Assembly: GCA_039588275.1 (NCBI GenBank)
Contig: JBDHAC010000017.1
Location: 42,246-106,245, forward strand
Reading direction: 5' to 3'
Length of the DNA: 64,000 nucleotides
Source of the DNA: Gemmatimonadota bacterium
Lineage (GTDB): Bacteria; Gemmatimonadota; Gemmatimonadetes; Palauibacterales; Palauibacteraceae
How positions within the stretch are numbered: position 1 is the first letter of the stretch; every line of letters begins with the position of its first letter. The notes below the pieces were generated by a model. It did not search any database, was not told the DNA's origin, and saw only the letters and a list, made by a program, of their open reading frames with translations. This document shows positions 29,023-39,274 of this stretch, one piece after another. Made by a program: the position numbers and the translations under genes.

Positions 29023-30990
29023 TCACCTCGTCCGTACGAGGGTAAGCTGTGGGCGGGCCGACAGCGGCACTTCGGCCCCTGTGGGCGTGGTGAGCTGGAT
29101 AGACACTGCGGGATGCGGGCCATCACTGCGCAGGATGAAGTAGCTGGCCGTGGAGGCTCCGAGGTCGAAGTCAAAGGCCCGATTGATCGAGCGCACAAGC
29201 GTTTCCGTGGTCGTCGCAAGTGGGTACTCGACGCGGAAGGGCGACAGGCTTGGGAAAGTCTCGTGCAACCCGCCAAAGATCTCTGGCAAATCGAAGCTCG
29301 GCACCTGCAGTCTCTGAGGTACCTGGCTCGGGACAGCGTCGTCTGTGACCGGCGACACGGCGTACTCGCCGAACAGGTCTCCCCATTGGATCGGACCCGC
29401 CAGCACCTGTACCGCACGCTCCACATTCGCGGTTCCGGTCAGCAGCTCCGGTCCGCCTTCGGTAAGCTCGCGGAAGAGCGCCGCTTCCCCGCTGCCGGGG
29501 AGGACCCCGACGGGGGATTCGGGACCGAAGTGATCTGCCAGCCAGCGCAGGAACAGCCACCCGAATCCCCGCATCCTGAGAGATGGGAGCCCCCCGGGAT
29601 CGTCCCCTGTCGCGTCCCCCAGCGCCAGCGTACGGGTCGGATCGGCAAAGTATTCGCCCAAGCGCCGGAAGTTCGCGAGGTGGTAGGCGTTGAAGGCCGA
29701 CGTCGCTCCCATGAGTGCGCCGAACGACAGGTTGGCCCGTGTGGACAGACCCTGGAATTGGAGGCCGGCTATGGTCTCCGCGGTGTGCGCCAGACCCTCG
29801 CTCAACCAGGGCTCCTCCAGATTCGCGAACAACGTCCCGTCCCCGAACACCGTTCGTTGCTCCGCAGCGAGCAGGTGCTGGAACTCGTGCGCGGTCGTAC
29901 CGCGTGCGTTGCTCATCGCGAACGCGGGGGGTACGGCATTCGAGAACGCTCCGCCCGGGTCGGCGGCGAGCAGATACAGCACCTCTCCCTGGTTGCTGGC
30001 CCTGCAGCCCGTCCGGTCAGCGAGGTCGCTGGGGTTGAAGAACCCCGCCACAAACGTGCTGGACCCGCGAGGCGTGACCCGGTTCACGATCTTGGTGAAC
30101 AGCACCCATACGCGTTCGTTGCCATCCAGATCCGCCGGCGGGCCGAAGTACGCACGATCCACGGGGAAGACGATGTCGTCGAGCTCCTGGAGCAACGAAC
30201 CGTAGGCGGCATCGCTCACGACTCCACCTCCCTCGAGGTCTTCGGCGATGGCGAACCTCTGTCCGACGGCCCGCACCGTGGCCGCGATCGGTTCGTCGCG
30301 GTCACACTCCACGTCGAGTTCCGGGGAAACGCTGTTGCTGAACGTGACCACCTCGCCGACGGTGGGCGGCACCGAGAGGGCACGCGCCAGGGCGGGGTCC
30401 GGCGGACCGGCCGGCTCCCCTTCCCCCGCCGCGGGCCGGTGCACGCGCGCGCCGACTCGGCGGAGCTCTCGCCGCGCGTTCTCCCGGAACTTGAGCTCGA
30501 GGCGAGAAGCCGCCTCGGCGCTCATCTGACCGACGCCGGGAGAGCGCAGTGGAGATAATGGGGGTCCGACGGTCGCCGACGCGTCTGTGGCGTCTGGACC
30601 CAGAATCGTGAGTCGCATGGACGAAACGGCCCCCGGGACTTCGCTGGCGCTCTGTACGGCCAGGCGGTACTCCCGCGCTTCGTTCGCGGAGGCGAGGTCG
30701 AGGGATCCCGCGTCGGAACCGCGTAGCACACACACCTCGCCCAGATCCAGGGATGCTCGACCCGGGAAGCGGGCGCCCAGTCGGATCGCGACCGTCGGAT
30801 CGAGCGAGCGATTCGCGCACGATGAAGAGTCGAGTCCGGTACCATCGCCGCACCCCAATGCGAGGAAAGCCGCGAAGCCCAGGTAGCGGGCGGTACCGCG
30901 CCCTCGGCGCCCGGAACGCGCGGCCTGGGGCCGTGCGGGCCATGGCACCTGGGCCCCGGGGGCATCGATCGTGGTAACCTGTTCCGGCAT
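29023..30990 (-). CDS. Zinc metallopeptidase lipoprotein (M30/hyicolysin-like), paralog 1
   Basis: Lipobox ALGC, DLDGN, AGFF, HEFQH and SEGLAH; start approximate. Confidence 0.8.
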   Translation of the reverse strand: MPEQVTTIDAPGAQVPWPARPQAARSGRRGRGTARYLGFAAFLALGCGDGTGLDSSSCANRSLDPTVAIRLGARFPGRASLDLGEVCVLRGSDAGSLDLASANEAREYRLAVQSASEVPGAVSSMRLTILGPDATDASATVGPPLSPLRSPGVGQMSAEAASRLELKFRENARRELRRVGARVHRPAAGEGEPAGPPDPALARALSVPPTVGEVVTFSNSVSPELDVECDRDEPIAATVRAVGQRFAIAEDLEGGGVVSDAAYGSLLQELDDIVFPVDRAYFGPPADLDGNERVWVLFTKIVNRVTPRGSSTFVAGFFNPSDLADRTGCRASNQGEVLYLLAADPGGAFSNAVPPAFAMSNARGTTAHEFQHLLAAEQRTVFGDGTLFANLEEPWLSEGLAHTAETIAGLQFQGLSTRANLSFGALMGATSAFNAYHLANFRRLGEYFADPTRTLALGDATGDDPGGLPSLRMRGFGWLFLRWLADHFGPESPVGVLPGSGEAALFRELTEGGPELLTGTANVERAVQVLAGPIQWGDLFGEYAVSPVTDDAVPSQVPQRLQVPSFDLPEIFGGLHETFPSLSPFRVEYPLATTTETLVRSINRAFDFDLGASTASYFILRSDGPHPAVSIQLTTPTGAEVPLSARPQLTLVRTR

Positions 30991-31181
30991 TGGCCGCTCC
31001 CTGCCGTCAAAGAACGCCTGGACTATTCCAGGCGTGACGGTCGCAACGCTCCGACGCGAGCGCCGGGGAATCTCGCGGACCCGAGGCAGATGTGCCAAGG
31101 CCCGGCGCATGGCCGGGCCCTGGCGTCCGGCGGCAGAAGGCTCTCACCCTGCCCGACCGGCTTCGAGAGGGAGATGGGGAC

Positions 31182-32813
31182 CTAGTACATGCCACCCATA
31201 CCGCCGCCGCCCGGCATCGGCATGTTCTTCTCCTCCTCGGGCTTGTCGACGACCACCGCCTCGGTCGTGAGGAGCAGCCCCGCGATCGAGGCCGCGTTCT
31301 GGAGCGCCGTGCGCGTGACCTTGGTCGGGTCGATCACGCCGGCCTTGACCAGGTTTTCGTACTTATCGGTCGCGGCGTTGTAGCCGAAATTCAGATCCCC
31401 GTTCACACGGACCTTTTCGACGACGATCGATCCCTCGGCACCCGCGTTCTGCGCGATCTGCCGGATCGGCTCCTCGAGCGCGCGCCGCACGATCTGGATC
31501 CCGATCAGCTCGTCCGGGTCCTTACTCTTGAGGTCCGCCAGCGCGGTTTGGCACCACAGGAGGGCAACGCCGCCGCCGGGCACGATCCCTTCCTCGACCG
31601 CCGCCCGCGTCGCGTGCAGCGCGTCCTCGACGCGCGCCTTCTTCTCTTTCATCTCGGTCTCGGTGGCCGCGCCCACATTGATCACGGCGACACCGCCGGC
31701 AAGCTTCGCCAGCCGCTCCTGGAGCTTCTCGCTATCGTAGTCGGACGTCGACTTGTCGATCGCGACCTTGATCTCGCTGATCCGCCCCCTGATGGCATCC
31801 TCTTCGCCGGCGCCGTCGACGATCGTCGTGTTGTCCTTGTCGATCACGACACGCTTGGCCTGTCCCAGATCGCTCACGACCGCGTTCTCGAGCTTGAACC
31901 CCAGCTCCTCGGAGATCATTTGGCCGCCGGTCAGGATCGCGACGTCCTGGAGCATCTGCTTGCGGCGATCGCCGAAGCCGGGCGCCTTCACCGCGCACAC
32001 CTTGATGGTGCCCCGGAGCTTGTTCACGACCAGCGTCGCGAGCGCCTCGCCCTCGACATCCTCGGAGATGATCAGGAGGGGCTTGCCCATCTGGGCCACC
32101 TTCTCCAGAGCGGGCAGGAGGTCCTTCATGGCCGAGATCTTCTTGTCGTGGATCAGGATGAGCGGCTCGTCCAGGACCGCCTCCATCTTGTCCGGATCCG
32201 TAACGAAGTACGGAGAGAGATAGCCGCGGTCGAACTGCATCCCGTCGACCGTCTCGAGCTCGGTCTCCAGACCCTTGGCCTCCTCGACCGTAATCACGCC
32301 GTCCTTCCCGACCTTCCCCATCGCGTCGGCGATCAGGTCGCCGATCTCCATGTCGTTGTTCGCGGAGATGGCCGCCACCTGGGCGATCTCCTTCTTGCCC
32401 GTGGTTTCGACCGAGATGTCCGCCAGTTGGCCGACCACCGACTCGACCGCCTGCTCGATGCCACGCTTGAGCGCCATCGGGTTCACGCCCGCCGTCACGC
32501 TCTTGAGCCCCTCCTGAAAGATCGACTGCGCGAGCACGGTCGCGGTGGTGGTGCCGTCGCCGGCGGCATCCGACGTCTTGGTGGCAACTTCCTTGACCAT
32601 CTTGGCGCCGAGGTCCTCCACCGGATCCTCGAGCTCGACCTCCTTCGCGACCGTCACGCCGTCCTTCGTGATCGTGGGGCTCCCGAACTTCTTCTCGAGC
32701 ACTACGTTCCGACCCTTCGGACCGAGCGTCACCTTGACCGCCCTCGTCAGCTTGTCGACCCCCGCCTTGAGGCGCTGCCGCGCCGCGGTATCGAATTCCA
32801 GATCCTTTGCCAT
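31182..32813 (-). CDS. groL: Chaperonin GroEL
   Basis: [28 protein letters not shown] tail. Confidence 0.99.
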   Translation of the reverse strand: MAKDLEFDTAARQRLKAGVDKLTRAVKVTLGPKGRNVVLEKKFGSPTITKDGVTVAKEVELEDPVEDLGAKMVKEVATKTSDAAGDGTTTATVLAQSIFQEGLKSVTAGVNPMALKRGIEQAVESVVGQLADISVETTGKKEIAQVAAISANNDMEIGDLIADAMGKVGKDGVITVEEAKGLETELETVDGMQFDRGYLSPYFVTDPDKMEAVLDEPLILIHDKKISAMKDLLPALEKVAQMGKPLLIISEDVEGEALATLVVNKLRGTIKVCAVKAPGFGDRRKQMLQDVAILTGGQMISEELGFKLENAVVSDLGQAKRVVIDKDNTTIVDGAGEEDAIRGRISEIKVAIDKSTSDYDSEKLQERLAKLAGGVAVINVGAATETEMKEKKARVEDALHATRAAVEEGIVPGGGVALLWCQTALADLKSKDPDELIGIQIVRRALEEPIRQIAQNAGAEGSIVVEKVRVNGDLNFGYNAATDKYENLVKAGVIDPTKVTRTALQNAASIAGLLLTTEAVVVDKPEEEKNMPMPGGGGMGGMY

Positions 32814-32914
32814 CGTCTTCTCCCTTTGATACGCGGGATTCGCGTCTCTCTAGCTATTCTATTCGACTCGTGTATAACGAGTTATGTGGCGTTACATTAA
32901 TGTGCTCGTGAAGC

Positions 32915-33229
32915 TTATGACTCGAGGATCGCGAGAACGTCGCTCTCCTTGATGATCAGGAGCTCCTGGCCGTCCACGGTCACCTCGGTCCCCGCGTACT
33001 TCCCATACAGGACGCGGTCTCCTTCCTTCACTTCCATCGGGATCCGCTCGCCGTCGTCGTTCAGCCTTCCGGGCCCGACCGCCACGATCTTGCCCTGCTG
33101 CGGCTTCTCCTTCGCGGTATCGGGGATATAAAGACCACCCCGCATCTCCTCGGTCTCCTCCAGAGCCTCTATGACGACCCGGTCCGCCATGGGCTGAACG
33201 TTCACCTTCTTCTTCGAAGCGGTAGCCAT
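32915..33229 (-). CDS. groS: Co-chaperonin GroES
   Basis: P..DRV, GGLYIPDTAKEKPQ.G, GKYAGTEV. Confidence 0.99.
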   Translation of the reverse strand: MATASKKKVNVQPMADRVVIEALEETEEMRGGLYIPDTAKEKPQQGKIVAVGPGRLNDDGERIPMEVKEGDRVLYGKYAGTEVTVDGQELLIIKESDVLAILES

Positions 33230-33304
33230 CTCCGCGTCCCTCCTTGTGTTGTGTCAGGATCTCCCCTGCCGGCCGGCAGGCGGGATGCTCTCTCTCCCTC
33301 TCCG

Positions 33305-33331
33305 TTAGCACTCAAGAAAGGCGAGTGCTAA
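33305..33331. promoter_or_regulatory. CIRCE element (HrcA operator)
   Basis: Exact TTAGCACTC-N9-GAGTGCTAA upstream of groES. Confidence 0.97.
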
Positions 33332-33340
33332 CAGGACAGG

Positions 33341-33369
33341 AATATGATGTCCCCGGCCGCTTTAATCAA
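33341..33369 (-). promoter_or_regulatory. sigma70-type promoter of groESL
   Basis: Minus strand TTGATT-N17-CATATT, 9 nt upstream of CIRCE. Confidence 0.7.
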
Positions 33370-33535
33370 GTGCACCGGTCGGTCTCGTAAGAGGCGGTCG
33401 GCGCGAGGCGTTATGGGGTGCCGGGGGCGCACCGTGAAACCCCGACCCTGGGAGTCGCGTATTCAAGCATGACGGCGGGTGGACCGGACCCCGATGTGGC
33501 TCCGGACGCGGCTTTCGAGTCTCAGGGAGGCTTAG

Positions 33536-33745
33536 ATGTTCAGATCGCTTCTGGTCCTACTGACGGTAGGCTTCGTGGGCATGGCGGTGAGCGGAATCGT
33601 ATTCGGGCTTCTATTCCCGCTCATCATGGTCGCGCTCAAGATCCTGTTCTTCGTGCTGATCGGATACCTGATCCTGCGGCTCGTGAAGCCGGATCTGGCG
33701 GACAATCTCAAGAACTGCTGCACGGGAAAGAACTCCGGGGACTAG
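33536..33745 (+). CDS. Small two-TM membrane protein
   Basis: GGGAGG SD before ATG; two hydrophobic helices. Confidence 0.7.
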   Translation: MFRSLLVLLTVGFVGMAVSGIVFGLLFPLIMVALKILFFVLIGYLILRLVKPDLADNLKNCCTGKNSGD

Positions 33746-33755
33746 GGAGCGCCAG

Positions 33756-33793
33756 CCCTCAGTCGCGACCCTCAGTCGCGACCCTCAGTCGCG
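33756..33793. repeat. 13-bp tandem repeat x3 over the M28 peptidase stop codon
   Basis: CCCTCAGTCGCGA CCCTCAGTCGCGA CCCTCAGTCGCG. Confidence 0.9.
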
Positions 33794-35944
33794 GGCGAGT
33801 AGGTCCGCCGCCGAGGCCAGTTCAGCGGCCGCCGCGTCGATTCGCTCGGTCAACTCCCCCAACCTCCCTCGAACCTCGCCGACATCCATCTCCCGGATGG
33901 CCAACCGTACCGTGGGGAGCCCCAGCGTCGCATATCCGTTCGCCGGATCCGACACGAACAGCAGCTGTCGTGTCCACGGATCTCCGGGCAAACCCCGCGA
34001 AGTGAGAAACGCCAGGTTCGCACGGCGGAGGCGGCGGTTCACCTCTTCCACTCGCTGATCCACGCGCCCCGCTCCCAGCCACGAGTCGGCGGCGGCGTGG
34101 AGGCGACGCGCCTGGAGCTGAAACTCTCGCGCGGAAGCTTCCAGCGCGTCGAGCGATGCCTCGAGCGATCCGTCCTCGTCGCGCGTGTCCCACGAGACCG
34201 CCCGGACTTCTTCCCGCAAGTCGACCACCATGCGCCCGAGCTGGTTGCCGGCTCCCGCGAAGTCGTAGGGGTGGATATCCGCGTTCGCGAGACGCGCGGC
34301 GGCGATCGCCGCGATGCGAGCGGACGTCGCGTGGTACCGGTACCCGGGATCGCCGAAGCGCTCCAACCAGGTCGAGGTGTCGTACGCAGAGTGATATACT
34401 CCGCCCTGACCGCCGAAGCCGAAGCTCGCCGCCGGAACCCCCGCGTGCTGATAGAAGGGCTTGTGATCGGATCCTCCACCCAGGTCGCCGACCGGCGCCG
34501 GGCGCCCGGAGTCATCTCCCGAAAGGCTGCGGGAGCGCCACTCGTCCAGCACCGATCCAGACCCTCGCGGATCCGGCACCGCCCCGGCGGCTTCCCTGAT
34601 CAGCGCTTTGAGGGGCGGTGAAGCCGCGGCGCCGAAGTTCGAGCCGCCCGCAGACACGTCCTGATTGATGTAGGCGACGCCACCCGCGCGCAGCGCCTCC
34701 GCGTGTCGCTCGACCCACTCCGTCGAGCCGATCAGGCCCCACTCCTCGGCATCCCACGTCGCGAACACCACGCTTCGCCGCGGCCGGGTGCCGCGGGCTG
34801 CGAGCGCGGCGAATGCGCGGGCGGCCGCCACCACGCTCACGGTTCCGCTGACGTTGTCCACGGCCCCGGGGCCCCATGCGTCCCGGTGCCCGCCGACTAC
34901 GATCCACTCGTCTGGCCATTCGCTGCCGCGCACGACGGCGATCGTGTTGAAGATGCGGTGATAGGCGTCCTCGCCTCGCTCGAGCGCGACCTGCAATCGC
35001 GCGCGCGCGGGTCCAGGACCCAGGTGGTAGAAGATCGGGAGCGCCCCCTGGAAGGCGCCCGGTGCGGCCTGTCCCTGCAACCCGCGCAACAGATGCGAGG
35101 CGGCGCCGTATCCGAGCGGCACGACCGGGATGCGGGCGACGCCCGCCATCGCCGACTCGGGGATCCGGACCGCGCCCGGAACGGACGGTCGCCCCGGTGT
35201 CGATGGATCTCCGGTCGCGTTGAGTATGCTTCCACGCTGTACGCCCGCCGGCGGACGCATGGGGCCTTCCGGATATACGTCGCCCCTGCGGAACCCGTCC
35301 TCGGCGGGGTCCGAATAGATGATCAGCCCGATGGCACCCCTGGCCTCCGCCTCACGCGCCTTGATGCCCCGGTAGGACCGTCCGTAGCGGGCGAGCACGA
35401 TCTTCCCGCGAACATCCACTCCGAGCGAATCCAGGATCCGGTAGTCGGCGGGGAGCCCGTAGTTCGCGAATACGACCGGCCCCTCGACGGTTCCTCCGGC
35501 GCCGTACGCGTTGAATGCGGGCACCCGCTCCGTCCGCGTGACGGGGTCACTCGTCAGCTCCGGCTCGACCTCGTACAGAGAGCGCGTGGTCGGAGCGGTC
35601 TGCTCGACGGATATCGATAGCGGCTGCGGCAGGTAGACGAGGAAGGTGTCGTACGAGGTTTCGATGCCGGCACCGCTCAGCCAGGCGAGAACCGAATCGC
35701 GCGTCGCGGCCTGCCCGGGGGTTCCCGCCACGTGGGGCACCGCGCCCAGCGCGCGCGCCCAGCGCGCAATCGAATCCTCCACGATCCCGGTCAACAGCCG
35801 GCGCTCGAATGTTTCCTGCTCGGCGATCCGGGTTCGCTCGAAACCGGGGAACTGGCCTCCACCCGGTTCCTGTGCGAAAGCGCCCGTGCACGGTGCGGCG
35901 CAAATGCCGAGCGCGACCGACAGGCTGACGTGGACCCGGGTCAG
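33785..35944 (-). CDS. M28 peptidase (glutamate carboxypeptidase II-like; PA and TfR-dimer domains), secreted
   Basis: PHVAGT, YRGIK, GHRDAW..GAVDN, WDAEEWGLIGS, GSDH, YHS.YD. Start proposed at CTG 35944 (see findings). Confidence 0.9.
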   Translation of the reverse strand: MTRVHVSLSVALGICAAPCTGAFAQEPGGGQFPGFERTRIAEQETFERRLLTGIVEDSIARWARALGAVPHVAGTPGQAATRDSVLAWLSGAGIETSYDTFLVYLPQPLSISVEQTAPTTRSLYEVEPELTSDPVTRTERVPAFNAYGAGGTVEGPVVFANYGLPADYRILDSLGVDVRGKIVLARYGRSYRGIKAREAEARGAIGLIIYSDPAEDGFRRGDVYPEGPMRPPAGVQRGSILNATGDPSTPGRPSVPGAVRIPESAMAGVARIPVVPLGYGAASHLLRGLQGQAAPGAFQGALPIFYHLGPGPARARLQVALERGEDAYHRIFNTIAVVRGSEWPDEWIVVGGHRDAWGPGAVDNVSGTVSVVAAARAFAALAARGTRPRRSVVFATWDAEEWGLIGSTEWVERHAEALRAGGVAYINQDVSAGGSNFGAAASPPLKALIREAAGAVPDPRGSGSVLDEWRSRSLSGDDSGRPAPVGDLGGGSDHKPFYQHAGVPAASFGFGGQGGVYHSAYDTSTWLERFGDPGYRYHATSARIAAIAAARLANADIHPYDFAGAGNQLGRMVVDLREEVRAVSWDTRDEDGSLEASLDALEASAREFQLQARRLHAAADSWLGAGRVDQRVEEVNRRLRRANLAFLTSRGLPGDPWTRQLLFVSDPANGYATLGLPTVRLAIREMDVGEVRGRLGELTERIDAAAAELASAADLLARD

Positions 35945-36753
35945 GGCCCGCCTCCCAGGTATCGGTCCGCGACCGCCAGGCCTTTGATCGTCAGGAACGG
36001 CTCGACCTGGTCGACCCTCCGGCAATAGGGGGCGATGACCTCCGCTAGCCCACCCGTAGCGACGACGAGCGGATCCGATGGGGCCCACTCCGCCAAGATC
36101 CGGTCCACGATTCCGTCGATCGCGTCCACCGTGGAATAAAAGACGCCCGAGTCCACGCAGTCGACGGTACGTCGACCTATGACGCGGGCGGGGGGGTGGA
36201 TCTCGACTTGCGGCAGTTGCGTCGCCACGGTGGTGAGTCGTTCGATGCCGGCTCTCGGTCCGGGAGCGATCACTCCGCCCAGAAAGGCGCCGTCGGCCCC
36301 GATGCAGTCGAATGTCGTGGCCGTCCCGAGATCCACGACGATGGTATCACGCCCGAACAGCTCGGAGGCCGCGAGCGTGTTGGCGATCCGGTCCGCTCCT
36401 ACCTCGAGCGGGGCATCCACCTCCAATCGAATCGGGAGCTCGCTGCTGCCGTTTACGAAACGGGGCTCGAGCCCGATGGCGTGACAGGCCTGGGCCCACG
36501 CCCGGTCGAGGACGGGAACGACCGAGGCCAGGACTGCCCGCTCCGCCGACCCGGCTCGCGACGGCTCCGCCCCTCCGGCAGCGGTCGGACCCGGTTCGGC
36601 GTCCAATCCGGAGAGGAAACCCGACACCTGGAGTGCCAGCTCGTCCCCCGTCCGGCGGCGATTTGTGGCGACGCGCCAGCAGCGCACCGCCTCCAAATCG
36701 CTGAGCAGACCGATTACCGTCTCGGTGTTTCCGACGTCAACCGCCAGGATCAT
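35941..36753 (-). CDS. coaX: Type III pantothenate kinase
   Basis: MILAVDVGNT, GADR, VDLGTATTFD, GGVIAPG, ATGG. Confidence 0.95.
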   Translation of the reverse strand: MILAVDVGNTETVIGLLSDLEAVRCWRVATNRRRTGDELALQVSGFLSGLDAEPGPTAAGGAEPSRAGSAERAVLASVVPVLDRAWAQACHAIGLEPRFVNGSSELPIRLEVDAPLEVGADRIANTLAASELFGRDTIVVDLGTATTFDCIGADGAFLGGVIAPGPRAGIERLTTVATQLPQVEIHPPARVIGRRTVDCVDSGVFYSTVDAIDGIVDRILAEWAPSDPLVVATGGLAEVIAPYCRRVDQVEPFLTIKGLAVADRYLGGGP

Positions 36754-37580
36754 CGCTTGGCCAGGTTCCCTTCCGCGGCCACGAGCTCTACCGAGGCCGT
36801 CGTGATTCGGCGAAGCGCGCCACGGTCGGGCCGGAAGAGCAGCGCGCCGTCCGGCGCGACCCCGGCAGCGACGCCACTGAGGGCGGCCTCCTCCTCGGAA
36901 AGGGTCGCGCGCACCCTGCGGTTCTTCAGCCAGTCGTATTCGTCCAGGAGGTCGAGGGCGGCAGGATCGAGGGCGGCCGGCGGGTCGTGGAGCCAGCGCT
37001 CCAGGCCCTCTATCACGGCGTCGGCGACCTCGGGCAGCTCGGTGTCCGGTCGTCGCTCCTCGATCCAGGTGGCCTCCTTGCGAAGCCGCGGGGACATCGT
37101 TTTGGCCATGGACTTCACGTTCACACCGACCCCTACGATGAAGAAACGCGGACCCGAAGTGGCCCAGCTCGCCTCCGCCAGCAGGCCACCCAGCTTCCGG
37201 TCGCCCGCCATCAGATCGTTCGGCCACTTCAAGCCCGGTTCGAGACCCGGGAACCGCCGATCGAGCGCGGACACGACGCCCAGCCCCGCGAGCACCGAAG
37301 CGAGTGGCGGCAACACCGATGCTTCGGGACGGAAGATCATGGTCAGATACAGACCGGCGTCGGGGGGCGAGTGCCAGCGACGGTCCTGTTGCCCGCGTCC
37401 CGATGTCTGCTCGCGACACACGACGATGCTTCCGGCTTCGGCCCCCGCTTCCGCGAGGTCCTTCGCCGCCGCGTTGGTCGAGTCGATCTTTCCGTACGCC
37501 GTAACGTTCTCGCGACCCCAACGACGCTGGAGACCCTCGAGCGGCAAGCCCGCCCACGTTCGCGCTCGCCGCCTGCTCAT
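36750..37580 (-). CDS. birA: Biotin-protein ligase lacking the N-terminal HTH
   Basis: DSTN, QTSGRGQ..R.W.SP, KWPND, KLGGLL, GVGVN. Confidence 0.93.
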   Translation of the reverse strand: MSRRRARTWAGLPLEGLQRRWGRENVTAYGKIDSTNAAAKDLAEAGAEAGSIVVCREQTSGRGQQDRRWHSPPDAGLYLTMIFRPEASVLPPLASVLAGLGVVSALDRRFPGLEPGLKWPNDLMAGDRKLGGLLAEASWATSGPRFFIVGVGVNVKSMAKTMSPRLRKEATWIEERRPDTELPEVADAVIEGLERWLHDPPAALDPAALDLLDEYDWLKNRRVRATLSEEEAALSGVAAGVAPDGALLFRPDRGALRRITTASVELVAAEGNLAKR

Positions 37581-38470
37581 TCGAGCACCAGCAGCGAAAC
37601 GTCGAACCACGGGGCCGAATGCGTAATCGCCCCTACGGAGACCAGATCGACGCCCGTCTCGGCGATGTCGCGCACATTGGCGAGCGTGACGCCTCCCGAT
37701 GCCTCCAGGAGAGGCCATGGCGGAGGCGCCGCACGCACGAGCTCGACGGCGGCGCGCAACTGCGGGACCGTCATGTTGTCCAGCAATATCCGGTCGGCTC
37801 CTCCGGCCAACGCTTCGTCCAGCTCTGATTCGTTCGTGACCTCCACTTCGACCTCGATGCCCTCCCGGCCGGCTTCCCGGCGGGCGGCCCGGAGCGCCGC
37901 CCCGATCCCACCGCTGGCGGTGGCGTGATTCTCCTTGATCAACACCATGTCGTAAAGGCCGAGCCGGTGATTCAGGGCTCCACCGGAGGCGGCCGCGGCC
38001 TTCTCCAGCCCCCGCCACCCCGGCGTCGTCTTTCGCGTATCCGTCACCTTGCAGCCCGTCCCCTCCACGGTGGCCGCGTACGCGGCGGCGAGCGTCGCGA
38101 TCCCGGACAGGTGACCCAGGAAGTTGAGTGCCGCCCGCTCACCCTCGAGGATGGCGGCCAGCGAGCCTTCGATCCGGGCGAGCTCGTCACCCGGCCCCAC
38201 CCGCTCTCCATCGGCCACGCGCCACTCCACCGTAAGGCTCGGATCCAGCCGACGGAACACACGGGATGCCGGGTCGGCCCCCGCCAGAACACCGGCCGCC
38301 TTCGCCACGATGTGCGCCTCGCCCGTCGCACCGGCCGGTACGGTCCACAGGGTCGTCCGATCCCCGTCGCCGAGATCTTCGGCGAGGGCCCGGTCGACCA
38401 GCTCATCGATGGTCGGCAGCGCGGGATTCGGCGCGGCCGCGGGTCCCGGCGAGCCTGCCGTGCTTCGCAC
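37577..38470 (-). CDS. nadC: Nicotinate-nucleotide pyrophosphorylase (carboxylating)
   Basis: ER.ALN, DTRKTTPG, HRLGLYD..LIKENH, LLDN, EASGG. Confidence 0.97.
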   Translation of the reverse strand: MRSTAGSPGPAAAPNPALPTIDELVDRALAEDLGDGDRTTLWTVPAGATGEAHIVAKAAGVLAGADPASRVFRRLDPSLTVEWRVADGERVGPGDELARIEGSLAAILEGERAALNFLGHLSGIATLAAAYAATVEGTGCKVTDTRKTTPGWRGLEKAAAASGGALNHRLGLYDMVLIKENHATASGGIGAALRAARREAGREGIEVEVEVTNESELDEALAGGADRILLDNMTVPQLRAAVELVRAAPPPWPLLEASGGVTLANVRDIAETGVDLVSVGAITHSAPWFDVSLLVLE

Positions 38471-38476
38471 CGTGAC

Positions 38477-39274
38477 CTACCGAAGCCCGGGCACGAGCAG
38501 CGCGGCCCCCAGGTACGCGAGCCCCACGCCCCAGCAATAGTACGAGAACCGATGGAACGTCCCTCTGCTCAGCATCGAGAGGAAGATACGGATGGCGAGG
38601 ATGCCCGACAGGCAGGCGGTCACGAATCCGACCACGAGCGGTACCGTTCCGATCGCGCTCAGCCCCGAGTCTGCACCTCCGAGTCGAAGAAGACCGGCCC
38701 CCAGGATGGCGGGTAGCGAGAGCAGGAAAGAGAACTCCGCCATCCGATCGACCTTGACCCCGAGCCATGCCCCCGTCGCAACGGTCGATCCGGAACGCGA
38801 AATGCCGGGGAGGATCGCGAGCGCCTGAGCGACGCCGATCGCGAGCGCCGCGCGGACTCCCGGACGGGTGTCGCGAGCGCGGGCGCTGGACCGGCGAATC
38901 GTCCAGATCCAGAGTCCGGTGACGAGCAACAGGGCGGCGGCGACGGTCGGGCGTTCATACGCGCCCTCGAAGGCACCCGCCGCGAGGGTACCCGCGAGCG
39001 CCGCGGGCACCGAGGCGACAGCCAGAAGACCCGCGTACACCAGGCTCTCCCGATCACCTCGGATCACACCTCTGATCAGGCGGGACACGGCCGCCCGGTA
39101 TACCCACAGGATCGCGCACACCGTCGCGATGTGGAGCACGATCTCGAAGGCCACGCCGGGGAGCTCCAGCCCGAGCAATGCCTGCCCGAGGACAAGGTGA
39201 CCGCTGCTCGACACGGGAAGGAACTCGGTGAGGCCCTGCACGAGGCCGAGCAGCACCGCCTCGAAGACCGTCAC
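38477..39274 (-). CDS. uppP: Undecaprenyl-diphosphate phosphatase
   Basis: QGLTEFLPVSSSGHL, PGISRSGST, FSFLL. Confidence 0.96.
   Translation of the reverse strand: MTVFEAVLLGLVQGLTEFLPVSSSGHLVLGQALLGLELPGVAFEIVLHIATVCAILWVYRAAVSRLIRGVIRGDRESLVYAGLLAVASVPAALAGTLAAGAFEGAYERPTVAAALLLVTGLWIWTIRRSSARARDTRPGVRAALAIGVAQALAILPGISRSGSTVATGAWLGVKVDRMAEFSFLLSLPAILGAGLLRLGGADSGLSAIGTVPLVVGFVTACLSGILAIRIFLSMLSRGTFHRFSYYCWGVGLAYLGAALLVPGLR

Noticed and set aside
28905..29426. N-terminal extension of the 811-aa peptidase ORF, or a fusion of the two peptidases
   Set aside because: It overlaps the upstream paralog in another frame; each gene has its own lipoprotein signal and stop.
32866..32895. dif site (TTATGT resemblance)
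   Set aside because: Spacing and arms do not fit the XerC-6 bp-XerD consensus.
31092..32900. 602-aa plus-strand ORF
   Set aside because: Antisense frame of groEL caused by codon bias.
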